The notes under the pieces were generated by a model. The model saw only the letters and a list, made by a program, of their open reading frames with translations. It was not told where the DNA came from and made no database searches. A stretch of 56,346 nucleotides of DNA, filler included, from Circinaria calcarea (taxonomy: Eukaryota): NCBI GenBank assembly GCA_051942165.1. It is 2 parts of 2 records of this genome, joined end to end, with 100 filler letters (N's around TTAATTAATTAA, not from the genome) between each part and the next. Parts side by side here need not be neighbours in the genome. Positions count along the whole stretch, not along the records: positions 1 to 28,155 come from JAVECS010000058.1; 1 more part is not named here. One strand, 5' to 3'. This document shows, piece after piece, positions 9,773 to 20,742 of the stretch (positions are counted from its first letter, which is position 1; each line of letters begins with the position of its first letter). A program made the translations under genes and the position numbers.

Positions 9773-10142
9773 TCACGGGAACGTGACCGCTTCGCCGTGC
9801 CGAAACCACCCGTGCCGATTCAACCATATCAGAACCACCACGATCAGGGCAATCGTCCCAACGAAGACAGTACAGCAAACGCAGAGACACCAGGCATTGC
9901 GGCGCTTCTTCTTGTGTTGGCGGTCGAGCCAAGATTCCCTGCACAGTAGTATGTTAGCATGTTGCTTCACGCATTGTAGGCCTTGGGTGGTGGGGGGTGT
10001 AAATAAGGAAGAAGGCATACGAGTGCTTGAATTCTAGCTTTGAAGATGGAGAATCCATTGTCGGGTGGATATGTTTCTCGTCATCGAGATGGACAGCGAT
10101 GGAGAAGCGTTTCCAAAACGCAGGATCGCGTACAACTGCCAT
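9773..10142 (-). CDS. Small conserved-type fungal membrane protein with a C-terminal TM helix; 2 exons
   Basis: MAVVRDPAFWKRFSIAVHLDDE...KHS / ESWLDRQHKKKRRNAWCLCVCCTVFVGTIALIVVVLIWL. Intron 10020-9939 (GTATGC...GCTAAC...CAG) joins the two short ORFs in frame. Confidence 0.8.
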
Positions 10143-10750
10143 CTGGCGCGGACGTGAGTGGAGAAGGGATTGGAGGCACAGAGGCTAGAGGTGCAGCAAT
10201 GCGGTTATGGGGAGTTCGCTGCCGGAGGGATATCGACCTCTCGTGCTTCCCAATCTGTGGTTGGACTCGAGCTGGAACGGTGCTTGCAAATGGCTCTTGG
10301 GTATAAACGAAGGTGGAGTAGAATCGAGATTAAGACAATGACTAGAGGCACAAACGAGTGAAGTGCTCTAGATCAACTAAAAGAGTGACTTGAACTGCTT
10401 TGGAAAACGTGGAAGGTAGACAGTTGCAAAGGTTGAAAACAATGGCAACTATGGCAACTATGTCCCCGAGAAACAGCAACTGAGGGAGATTAGGACCATC
10501 CCATCACTCATGCACGACATGGAAGCTTCAGGGAGACGCCGGGGCTATCAACCGTTGACCTAATTGGATCTGCTGTTTGGTGATATTGGACGTCGGTGCA
10601 GCCAATCAGGGAGATGCGGCTTCAACCTGGGCCATGAACTACTCCGTACCTGGTCAGGTTCTGAATGAAATGATTCAATCTGTCCTGCAGCGCGCAGGGA
10701 TTGGAGATTGCCAGTGTGACACTACGGGTTTAGCGTCATCGGTTTCGGAA

Positions 10751-10794
10751 TACGGAGTACAGACCCCGGCCTGTCCACTCGTCTGTACTCCGTA
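10751..10794. repeat. Perfect 14-bp inverted repeat (TACGGAGTACAGAC / GTCTGTACTCCGTA) with a 16-nt spacer
   Basis: Arms at 10751-10764 and 10781-10794; each carries the TACTCCGTA motif. Confidence 0.9.
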
Positions 10795-10995
10795 CTTCAT
10801 GCCCTAATATTGGTGACTAGGTTTAGCATTCCAAGACATACTCACAGTTCGACTCCCTTTTCGGATAAACAGCCTACCTCACACCATTGCCATTGAGTCC
10901 ATGCTGACCCTATCTAAAAAACCGGGAGAAACAATGGTAATCGCGAGATTCAGCCCAGAGGGTTAAGCTCATCTTCGCTGCGATCCTCCCGCTAC

Positions 10996-11331
10996 CTATC
11001 TCGATGACTCGGGATCCTCTTGCCATCCTTCCTGATCGTCATCCCATCCATCGCCCGCATATGGTTCCAAGCTTGCGATCCCTTCCGCCCACACCTCCTG
11101 CAGCTGCGTTGTCATATTGCGGATCAGGGTTTTCTTCGCCCCGATTTCTCTCTTTAGCCGTAGAATGTATGCTCGTGCTTGGACGAGAGTTCGTGCCATA
11201 GTCTCACGCGACCCGAATGAAAGATATTGCTCCTTGATGCATGGCGGTGGACAGGCTAACAGGTCAACAACCGTTGGAGGTACCGGTATTTGCACTGCTC
11301 GAGAAGAGGAAGTTGGATCGTCGGATTGCAT
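10996..11331 (-). CDS. Possible orphan small coiled-coil protein (111 aa)
   Basis: ATG-initiated ORF with an amphipathic segment (MARTLVQARAYILRLKREIGAKKTLIRNMTTQLQEVW) and an acidic tail. No family recognised. Confidence 0.35.
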   Translation of the reverse strand: MQSDDPTSSSRAVQIPVPPTVVDLLACPPPCIKEQYLSFGSRETMARTLVQARAYILRLKREIGAKKTLIRNMTTQLQEVWAEGIASLEPYAGDGWDDDQEGWQEDPESSR

Positions 11332-12089
11332 CGTATGATGTTTTAGAGATAGTGACGATGGTAGGGGAAAGGTGGAGATTGGTGGTTATGATGGGCGCCC
11401 GTTTTGCTGATTTTACGGTCTGGAACTAGAAGGGAGGAAGCTGATGCCGAGATGGTCCTTTATACAGCTCCAACTACTGATCCGGTACGCATGGAGCTAT
11501 GAAGACGGAAGCGGGTGCCCAATACGGCTGTCTACATTGATAGTCAGCAAGAACCATGTTCTACTCCATATTTTCGTCAAAGCCCATTCATGTAGAGAAG
11601 GTTACAGACTCATCCTCCTTTACAATATCCCGCAATCACCCACTTCCTGCAGCGCATCAACGGCCTTTGTGAACAAGCATGCCAGCCTCCACGACAGTAC
11701 TAATATTGGTTTAGAAGGCATTATTAACCGCACTTACGTACCTGGGCATAGAGTAATAGGAAGTCCGCAGGTGGGGACGGGTGCCCGCGCATTAGTATTA
11801 AAACATGAATGTACCCCTCCGTAACAAAGGCCAGAAATTAGATTCTTGCATAAAGTGCATCATGGAGCAGTTCCTGTAAGCCAAATCTTACCCTCTTCAG
11901 AGTCCTTACCGTTTTCACATCCAAAGGGGTTGTTAAACCGACTTACCACAGTAGTAGTGTTTTTTAACCACGTCCACTATGTTAACTTATCCTTTTTTTG
12001 CTGCTTACCAAGCAACAAACTCGATATTGATGTGATGCGCCCGTAAAGCTAACAAGAACACGAGTCGCCAGTTTTATAGTTGTTCCAAA

Positions 12090-12170
12090 GGAAGAAGCAG
12101 AGGAAGAAGAAGAGGGAGGGGGTTTGGAAGAGGAGGAAGAGGAGGAAGAGGAGGAAGAGGAGAGAAAGGG
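12090..12170. repeat. Polypurine low-complexity tract including (GGAAGAGGA)n
   Basis: Read directly; the overlapping 66-aa ORF is just PLPPL repeats. Confidence 0.8.
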
Positions 12171-12509
12171 TCATCATACACAGCAAAGGCTTCCCTAACT
12201 GATATAGCCGTTACTATGGCTAGCCATTCGATACGCATTTGGGCCACACGGTGAGGTAAGAATAGAAGATACAATAAGAATTGGGCATCTGCTAGCGTGC
12301 TTCGTTGCTTGAAGATCTTTCCCTGTGATCATTCAAAATCTACAACCGGCAAACTCCGTAATCTCAGTATCAAATGTTGTTTGCTTTCTAGCATTCTTAG
12401 CTTGTGACTACATGCCAGTCTTCTTCGATAGACACAGTTCTGCAAACAAAGCTTTACAATACTGCTGAACCCTTGCCAAAGGGCTGCTTAGATTTGTCTA
12501 TGGAGCTTC

Positions 12510-12866
12510 CTACTGTTGTGCACAAGTGGCACCAGGGACGGAAGGCCTCCTCGGGGGTATCCCACTAGGTCCACAAAATCCCTCAAGAAGTTCACCTTTC
12601 TCCACAATCCCATTCTCAAGTTTCTCCACCCTTTCTCTTAACTCTCTGTTTTCCTCTGCCACCCTTCGGTCGACACTCTCCTTGAGCTTTTCCAGCTTCT
12701 TTTTCAAGTCCTTGATCACTTCCACTGCTCTCTCTTCAATCTCAACCGTGTAGGAGGCAGCTCTTGCCGAGTGATCCGAAGGAAATGCATCTCTTCCTCC
12801 GAGCACTTTCCATAAGTTGTAATGAGCACCCACCACCGAGTCACCTTGAAAATTTTTGGGTGGCAT
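12510..12866 (-). CDS. Possible orphan coiled-coil protein (118 aa)
   Basis: ATG ORF with a charged heptad stretch EVIKDLKKKLEKLKESVDRRVAEENRELRERVEKLE. No family recognised. Confidence 0.4.
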   Translation of the reverse strand: MPPKNFQGDSVVGAHYNLWKVLGGRDAFPSDHSARAASYTVEIEERAVEVIKDLKKKLEKLKESVDRRVAEENRELRERVEKLENGIVEKGELLEGFCGPSGIPPRRPSVPGATCAQQ

Positions 12867-13120
12867 GTTAATTTTAGAATGCTGTCAGATGCTCGTTTTA
12901 AGAGATGGCTTAGCAGCTGCTACCTGAGGCGACGGTTATATATCCGGCACTCACCCCCTCACCAAACCAAACACCCACATCCTCTGTTTCCAAACCTATC
13001 ACGAGTTACCAACCACGAGCCCTAGTTCACACAACACAACTACAAGATTGCCTTTCCCGTTTCGTTTACCAATACATTCTTCCCGGCTTCACATCATCAC
13101 GTAGGTGCTTACCCCAAATT

Positions 13121-13210
13121 ACAAGCCCACAAAGTACAAACCCCCAAAATACAAACCTCCAAAGTACAAACCCCCAAAGTACAAACCCCCAAGGTACAAA
13201 CCCACAAAGT
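13121..13210. repeat. 15-bp minisatellite, 6 units, consensus ACAAACCCCCAAAGT
   Basis: Units start at 13121, 13136, 13151, 13166, 13181 and 13196, each with 0-2 substitutions. Confidence 0.95.
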
Positions 13211-13820
13211 ATGTGACCACCGGGCACAGAACCCCATTCCATCTCCTCAGACGTACGTGGGCGTCGGGATTCTCCTGAGCTGCTGCCGGCTGTATATTGT
13301 CCAGCCAATGGAGAAGGGAGGACATTGACAAAAAGGGTGAGGGACCCAGGTTACAAGAGCCAGAAAAGGAAAACGGAGAAGTCTTTCCTATTGGAGACGG
13401 CACTTGGATTATTGGAAAAGATGGCGCCGGGGGAGTGAGATGAAATAAGATATCTCTAGAGGGGTGGAGAGTGCGGATGTGAGGGGTAAAAGGAGGTGTA
13501 AAACAGAGAGGGAGGGGTGTCGCGGGATGGATGAAGGCGGGAGGGTATAGCGAGATGAGGAGGAGATCAGAGCAGAGTAAAGGGGAGAAAAGGTAGTGGT
13601 GTAAGGTGTATAACAGGGGAAGGGAGACATCCATCTGCTCGGGAAGAAGTAAGCCGGTCGGTGGTCGTTAAAAGAGACCGATAGGAGGTGGGGAATTGGG
13701 GGGGGATCAGACCTTGGAGTTGGGAATCCTCAATATACATGTTATAATCATGATGCTGCCCTTCAAATGCAAGCCGGATTGAATTTGTTCCAGTAGATTT
13801 CAAATTTACGACCGTCTCAA

Positions 13821-15140
13821 CTAACTTGGGGCACTCAACTCTGCAAAAGCCCTCAACAGGTCGTCTCTCAAATCTTCCCAATGCTCCACACCCACGCTCA
13901 CCCTCATCAACCTACGATCCACCGTCGTATCGCTCATGGTCCGCCATTCGATCAAGCTCTCCACGCCGCCCAAACTCGTCGCGTGGTGGAAGAGCTGCAG
14001 TTTACTCGGTAGCCTCCGCGCCAACGCCTCGCTTTTCATCCAGAGCGCGAAGACCGGCCCGAAGCCACCAGGCATTTGCTGCTTCAACCAGGCCATGTCC
14101 TCGTGCTGTAAGCTGGCGTGCCGGACCTTTTCCACCACGGTCCTGATGACCTTCTCATCCTCCTTTCCTCCATCTCCGTGTAATTGGTTGTCCAACCAGC
14201 ATACCAGTCTCTCCGCCGTCTCGCTCTGCCGCTTCACCCTCAGCTCCAGCGTCCGGAGACTCCTGACCCCCAGCCACCCTTCCAGACTCCCCATCACGCT
14301 CCCCAGGTACACGCGCTCTCCGCTCAACCCCCGAAACCATTCCCCGTGCCTTGTAGCCAGGACCCCGCACAACATGTCGCTATGGCCCCCGATGTACTTT
14401 GTTCCCGAATGCATCACAATATCCGCGCCCTGCACGAACGGATCCTGGAGCCCCGGCGGTCCGAACGTCGCATCGACCAGCAGATACGCCCCCCGCGAAT
14501 GCGCTTTCTCCGCAAAGCTGGCAATGTTGTACGCTTCCCCCGTCGGATTCAGCGGGGACTCCAGGTGGATGAGATCGCCTTCGCGCAGTTCCTCCGCTTC
14601 GCAATGCAGACCTAGAATCTGTGCGCCCGTGAGCTTCCTGTGCAGGGCCAAGACCCCATGCGAGCCATGGTATCCGCCCCCGATCGCCACCCGAGCGGGT
14701 TTCAGGTAGACGTAAGCGGCGTGGAGGGCAGCGAGGCCGGAGGAATAGGTGAGCGCCGGGGCGTGCAGGAGGGAGGTGAGGATGGACTCGAGACGGGTGG
14801 TCGTGGGTGCGGTTTCTCGGGAGTAGACGTGGCTTTCGAGGGTCACGTTCGCCTACGTACGATGTTTGGTTCAACGGCTTCGTTTCTGGCTGCAGGGATT
14901 TCTGGAGGATTGGGGAAAAGCCCTTACGTCTAGTTCTTCGGCTGGCTTGAGGTCTTCGGGGTTCTCGGCGTATCGAAAGGTGGTGGAGACGTGGAGGGGA
15001 GGGGCAACATCGTTAACGGACTTTAGGTGGTCGTCGGCGTGTATTGCTTGGGTTGATTGTGCGTACACAGGGAGAGAAGAGGGTTCCTCAACGGGGATCT
15101 CAATGCCATTGACGACGCCGCCATCTGTATGCGACGCCAT
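13821..15140 (-). CDS. Cys/Met metabolism PLP-dependent enzyme (cystathionine gamma-synthase/beta-lyase family); 2 exons
   Basis: VAPPLHVSTTFRY, YSR, ESPLNP, VDATF, HSGTKYIGGHSD (PLP lysine), ATSLGGVESLIE, RVSVGVE. Intron 14927-14853. Confidence 0.93.
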
Positions 15141-15559
15141 AATTTACTGGGGTCAAGGCCGCCGAAAGCAAACATTAATAAAAAATTGCTGATCTAGGGC
15201 CCGCACGGGTAGATATCCATCATCCCTGAAGGGGTACCATAAATAGTGCCGCGCTAGAGCAAGCGAACCCTATTCTAACAGTTTGATGACTTGTACTGTA
15301 CTTGGGTCGAGATCTTCGGTGTTTATGGAACTCGTCGATGATCTACAAGAGTACAACTTAACCAAAGAGGTTATGTTGATGAGAGGCAATAAGTGGATGA
15401 TAGCATTCAACAAACACTTCCTATTCAGAATTGCTATAACTGCGTGATGGGGTATCCTTCGCAACCTATGCAAAGCATGCTAACCAGCCCAAACCAGTAG
15501 AGGGCGTAAACCATGCTAGAAAACAGTAAAGTAATTTTATCATCGCGTCACTCAGACTA

Positions 15560-16675
15560 TCACCTTCGCAGAACTCCCAACCTTGAGAACTTGTCTGGGA
15601 ATGCTTGCGTATCGTCATAATTGGTGGTCTCCGGAGGGCCATCCATTAGAATATTTTCCTGGTCACGAATAGGGGATCCATGACTCGCGTCATCAGGATA
15701 GGGAGATAACATATCCGTGTAGTCGGATGCAGAGTGTCGTGGTGTGCTAGGTAGTCGGACCGCAGAAGGCTGTTCGTTGGGAAATACAGTCACATTTTGG
15801 ACATTACCCAAATGTAATTCTGGTTCATGACCGATATGACGAGGCGGCAAAAACAACTCGTCCATCGGCCCGCTATTGAATTTCGGCTCCATTCCTGAAC
15901 CCAGCTTGGTCCTTTGTTCCTCACTCTTTTGAAGTGGCTTGACTTGATCAAGGCGAGGCTGACCATGACGGCTATTATGACTTTTTTCCCTCTCCAGCTC
16001 TCTTAAGGGGTCTGGATCCTTTGCAGCAACTTGCTCGTGTATGATAGGTGGTGTCTCGGAATTCAAGTTGCCTTCCGGCTTTCGATTGAAACCCGTGGAC
16101 ACTCTCTGTATGGGCATTCTTGTAAACCTTTCGTCACCTTGCAGTTGATCCGTGGGTGGGATAACCGGAGTAGTAAATGAATGGTTGGGTATCGACCGAG
16201 GAAGATGTATTGCTGATCGCCATGCCTTCGCTACCTCACATGGAGGTACTACTGCCTCATCCCCTCCTTCGCCGATTATGACTGGGGCGGCATTGGTGAA
16301 GCTGACATGGAGGCCTCTTGCTCTTCTTTTTCGACGGGAGCTGTCAGGAAGTGAAGTAGAGGAATGAGATGTCGATGGTCTCGATTGTGCAACCCCAGGT
16401 GCTCCATTTCGAGAAACTGCAGGCGGTATGGGCTTAGGCGGTATGGGCTTACGAGTGATTGCTTCGGTGTCGAGATGAGGTGGGCGTACAGCCGTGATGG
16501 GACTCTTCAGGAAATCGGCGATATCGGTATTGAGCTGGAGCTTTTGCTTCGCCGTCTTGTCGGCAAGCTTTGATGAATGGTCTGCTCTGTGAAAGAGCTT
16601 CTCTCTCCACTTGCCCTTTCTCATCACCGTCAATAGGTCACGCGACTGTTCTGAATCCGAACGATCCTCAGGCAT
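15560..16675 (-). CDS. Uncharacterised Pro-rich fungal protein, possibly C-terminally truncated
   Basis: 371-codon ORF from ATG 16675 with the motif RRKRRARGLHVSFTNAAPVIIGEGGDEAVVPPCEV; otherwise disordered. Confidence 0.65.
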   Translation of the reverse strand: MPEDRSDSEQSRDLLTVMRKGKWREKLFHRADHSSKLADKTAKQKLQLNTDIADFLKSPITAVRPPHLDTEAITRKPIPPKPIPPAVSRNGAPGVAQSRPSTSHSSTSLPDSSRRKRRARGLHVSFTNAAPVIIGEGGDEAVVPPCEVAKAWRSAIHLPRSIPNHSFTTPVIPPTDQLQGDERFTRMPIQRVSTGFNRKPEGNLNSETPPIIHEQVAAKDPDPLRELEREKSHNSRHGQPRLDQVKPLQKSEEQRTKLGSGMEPKFNSGPMDELFLPPRHIGHEPELHLGNVQNVTVFPNEQPSAVRLPSTPRHSASDYTDMLSPYPDDASHGSPIRDQENILMDGPPETTNYDDTQAFPDKFSRLGVLRR

Positions 16676-17539
16676 TACGACAGCAGCTTTGTGATTCCGT
16701 GAAAGCGAGACAGTAATGATGCTCGAGCCTGATGGCCGCCAGGCGTAACGGGGTTGATCCCTCACCTAATATACGGTATGCGCATGCGAAGCTGAATGGC
16801 GTCTCCTGAGTGAAGATCGAAGCCTCAGCCTATTACTCATCATTGCAACTGGTCTTTCATCCATCGGCCATGCCCGTGCCATAAGGCAAAGGAAGGCCAC
16901 TTCACTGACCGATTGGAATGATGCGCGCTTGTAGGTCATTCCCTTGCTTGAGCTAGCTAGCTATAGCTATATTCTTTAGAATCCATGTAACATTGACCAA
17001 AGGTGCGCAATCACATGATAGGCTGAAGCATACACAGTACTCCGTATACGACTATCTACTCGAAGCAAGTCACCAATGCTTCACGAATGATGCTACCCTC
17101 ATCTGACTGAGCGCTAATTCAATTCCGATACCCCGCCTTCCGGACTGACCGATCAGTCGGTGTGTGATTGTGGTGATACTCCGTATACAGTATTTCACAG
17201 CTCAACCACGGAATATTTTAGCCGAGCCCTTGCTTCACGGGAACAGGAACAGGGGCAAGATAAAAGCAGTACAGCCTTACGTCACTCTAACCAAGAAGAG
17301 CTTGGCGTCTGGGCGTTGCCGGTAAATTACTCGTGTCGTGGCTGATGCGGCCCACCAAATTACGTTACCCATAGAGAAAATACGATCAGGCAGATTGTTG
17401 GGAAGAATAGCAAAAGGGGGCCATGGGTCACGGATGACAGTGTACAGTGGTCGTTCATCCTGTGCAACCATGAGCTCCCATTAAATTCCAATCTGGCACC
17501 CTCCTCCTTCCATCCTCATGTGGCTTTGCGCGTTGCATC

Positions 17540-19232
17540 ATGCCTTTCTCTGGCCTCAAGCCTTCCCCTGAGAATATAAAGGTGGAGGCAGAGATGTCGG
17601 AATACGAGGTCCCTCCTTCTCCATTTCATCGGCGCCTTTTTCGAAAGACGCGACGGCAGTTTCGGAGTTCCAAGAGACATTGGTTGATAATCTCAACCCT
17701 CGTTATCCTAGTGCTAGTCATACTCCATTTCACAAAGCGCTTCGCCATCTACTCTACCTCGACCGGCCTTTTCGAATGCGATTCCAACCGATTAAATGTT
17801 GATTCGATCCCAGTTCCGTCGGTGAAGAACCCAGCTCGTCTGGCAGACACTTGGAATACCCTACGTACCATTTTCGATGCTCACCCTCCGAAACCCTCGA
17901 ACCTGCCTCGTCTAAAACACAAGAGCGATGGCGAACCTCCGGCCAAAGAAGAGTTGAAACATCTGCTGAATATTACTGAATCCGATGCCCATGCGACGCG
18001 CATTGAACACACGGCGGTCATGCGCCATATTCCCCCTTATCCCGAAGCTTTGTTTTCTGGGCGTGGAATAGCTATGCTCGCGGGCGGGAGGTATTCGGAA
18101 TTTGCTGCGACGGCCCTGGGAATGCTACGAGAAGTTGGCAGTAAGTTACCGGTCGAGGTTTGGATGAAGGATAAGACAGAAGAGAAACAAGGGTGGTGCT
18201 CCGAGTTGGAGAAGGAAGGTATGGTGTGCCGGAGACTGAGCGATCACATGAACGTGACTGCCTTATCACACCCGTACCAATGGAAGGTCTTTGTGATGCT
18301 TTTTTCCTCATTCGAAGAGCTCCTATTCCTTGACGCTGATTCCATACCGATCAAAGACCCCGATCCTATATTCGACTCAGAAGCCTATCGCGATAAAGGC
18401 GCCATATTGTGGCCTGACTATTGGAAGCACACCGGTTCCCCATGGCTCCCATATGTCATAGGTCTCAGTGATGGGGCTTCAGACATGCTTCAAGAGGAGA
18501 GAACCGTAGAGTCGGGTCAAATCGTTTGGGACAAACATCGGCATTGGAAGGTAGATACTTTCCAATGATATTTAGTGTTGCGTACGTATCCTGCTTGGAC
18601 CGGTGATGCTAACCAAAACATATGCATAGAGTCTTTGCCTTGCAACGTATTACAACTATTACGGATCGCGTTATTATTACACACTAATTAGTCAAGGTTG
18701 GGCAGGCTGGGGAGATAAAGATACCTTTCCGATGGCCCTTAAAGCGTACCGAGAACCGTATTACCAAGTTCCTCACGACATCATCACTGCATTTGTCTAT
18801 GGCACTACACATGGTGTTGGGATGGTTCAGTCGAACCCCGCGAACGACACCAGTGCAGAGCCTCTGTTTCTCCATTCCAACATTGTCAAGTGGAGCGTAG
18901 AGGAATTTCTGTGCCTAGGCTGCCCACCATCCACCAATAAAGCCAGCTCTACCAGTGCTCTAGAGAACACCGGATCCCCGATACACTCGCATCTGAAGGA
19001 AGGCAAACGTATTTTTGCGACGGAGTCATTCAAAGAAGCAGGCATGGATCCAGAGCCTCTACTTTGGAAATGTATGGAGTACTCGGCCTGTAGAAGCGTC
19101 TGGGGGAGCTCTCAGCTTTGCAAACAGACCAGGGATTATATGACGAAGACGTTTCGCTACCAGTTCAAACCGAGTCGGACTGCTTCCATGATTGGTTATG
19201 GAGACAGAGTGTGCGTTGTGGATCCACGTTAA
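17540..19232 (+). CDS. Alpha-1,2-mannosyltransferase, GT71 (Mnn2-like), type II membrane protein; 2 exons
   Basis: N-terminal TM, GRGIAMLAGG, LPVEVW, SSFEELLFLDADS (DxD), LWPDYW, ESGQ, YYNYYG, GDKDTF. Intron 18551-18629. Confidence 0.92.
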
Positions 19233-20742
19233 ACCTCGGATTTTTGTTCCCCTGTCAACCTTTACCTGTACAAATTATTTTTACCGGATTTATTATTACA
19301 TGACCAAGGATTTTGTCCACGCATCCTACACGCGTTCAGCGCGCCGCACTCAGAATGCTAGCTCAGTGACGAGGATGTCAAAGACTTTGGCATTTCTTAA
19401 TACTAAAAAGAAGGGCGTTTCTTTTACGGGATATTTTTTTGGGACGAAGTTAGTGTGTCATTGGGGGCTTGGGGAGTTTGGCATGGTCCGTTGCGTTCCA
19501 TACCCCCAGCTGCGGAAATTTTGATCCAATTATGTGATGACGGGAAGGTATACCTGGGATACGGGATGGTAGTCTGGTTTCTTCAAGTGTTCATGATAAG
19601 CGTTCACTTGCCTTGAAGTCTGCCGAAACGGGGTGAACTATATTTAGTCCGCGATCGCCAAGATCTTCACCTTTGCTTTTCGTCGGTACTCCGTATTGGT
19701 CAAGGCTACCTATCAATGGCACTCCGTCTGTACGATGAGCATGCTCGCAACACGGCGCAGTAATACGGAAACATGTCTCCCACAATAAGACCTACATGGC
19801 CACTGTTGTCGCAGTGACCATTGGCTGGACTGTGTAGAGATGGCTCGTTCAGCAGCAAACCTACCCTTAGGGCAATTGGTCGACATGTGGTGTGACGGTG
19901 TTTGTAGAAAAAACCTGCGTGAAAATCGAATGTCCAAATCGAGCTTAGAGTTGGGTCCCGCTCCTGGTAACCGCAGGGCATCTGCTGGATGCATATATTA
20001 AGTGACTAGGGATTCAGGGTACGAAAAGTGTGTAATAAATGTCCAGGTGTGAAACTTTGCCTGCTGGCATCCTTCCTCTGCATCTGCTCCTGGAGATGCT
20101 GCAACGCAAGATTGTGTACATATCATTGACCTTTCCACGAACCCTTCCTCCCACCTGGCTGATCGCCCGGCCCCTACCCTACGCTGATCGATAAAGCCGA
20201 CGAAACATTGATTGTCAACGTTTGTCCGAGCGTCGTCACTGCTTTTTGGTCTCACGGCACTGCGACGGCCACCACAGAGACAACAGCTCACCCGCTATTC
20301 CTGTGTTCAACGTCCACTTCGCTCGCTCCTACGAATATCTTTTCCTCTCTGCCACCGTTTGGAGAACGGCAGACATCCCTCCGCCTACCTCGTTCGTAGG
20401 CTACAAATTTAGGTGATAAAGTTTGAAACGGCTTCATTGGAACATATCGGCAGTACATATCACGTCTCGTTGACGAAGGTAAGGCGGTCAGGTTCGGCCT
20501 CTGCCAGGTGCATGCGAGAGAAGGTCGGAGGCGTTACCCTACCACCACTTGTCCCAGATGGAGAGGTGACTTTGATGGATCCTGAGGCTAGGAGGGAGAG
20601 CCATTTGCGACTGTCATCGAGATGGAGGCGCTGCGAGTCATGGCTGGAGCAACCATGGACCAGCTCGCCAACATCATCTCGGAGGACACTACGGTTGGGA
20701 AAACTGGGCTCTCGCTATGGTCTATTCACGCCGGTCCAAAGA

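Noticed and set aside
13121..13210. CRISPR-like or telomeric array
   Set aside because: Contiguous 15-bp units with no spacers, not TTAGGG, in a eukaryotic context.
13936..14874. Long antisense and alternate-frame ORFs (257 aa, 164 aa, 143 aa)
   Set aside because: Shadows of a GC-rich CDS. The same applies to 34185-34817, 38886-39332 and 54812-55435.
16949..16972. (AGCT)n/TATA self-complementary run
   Set aside because: Short simple repeat with no further support.
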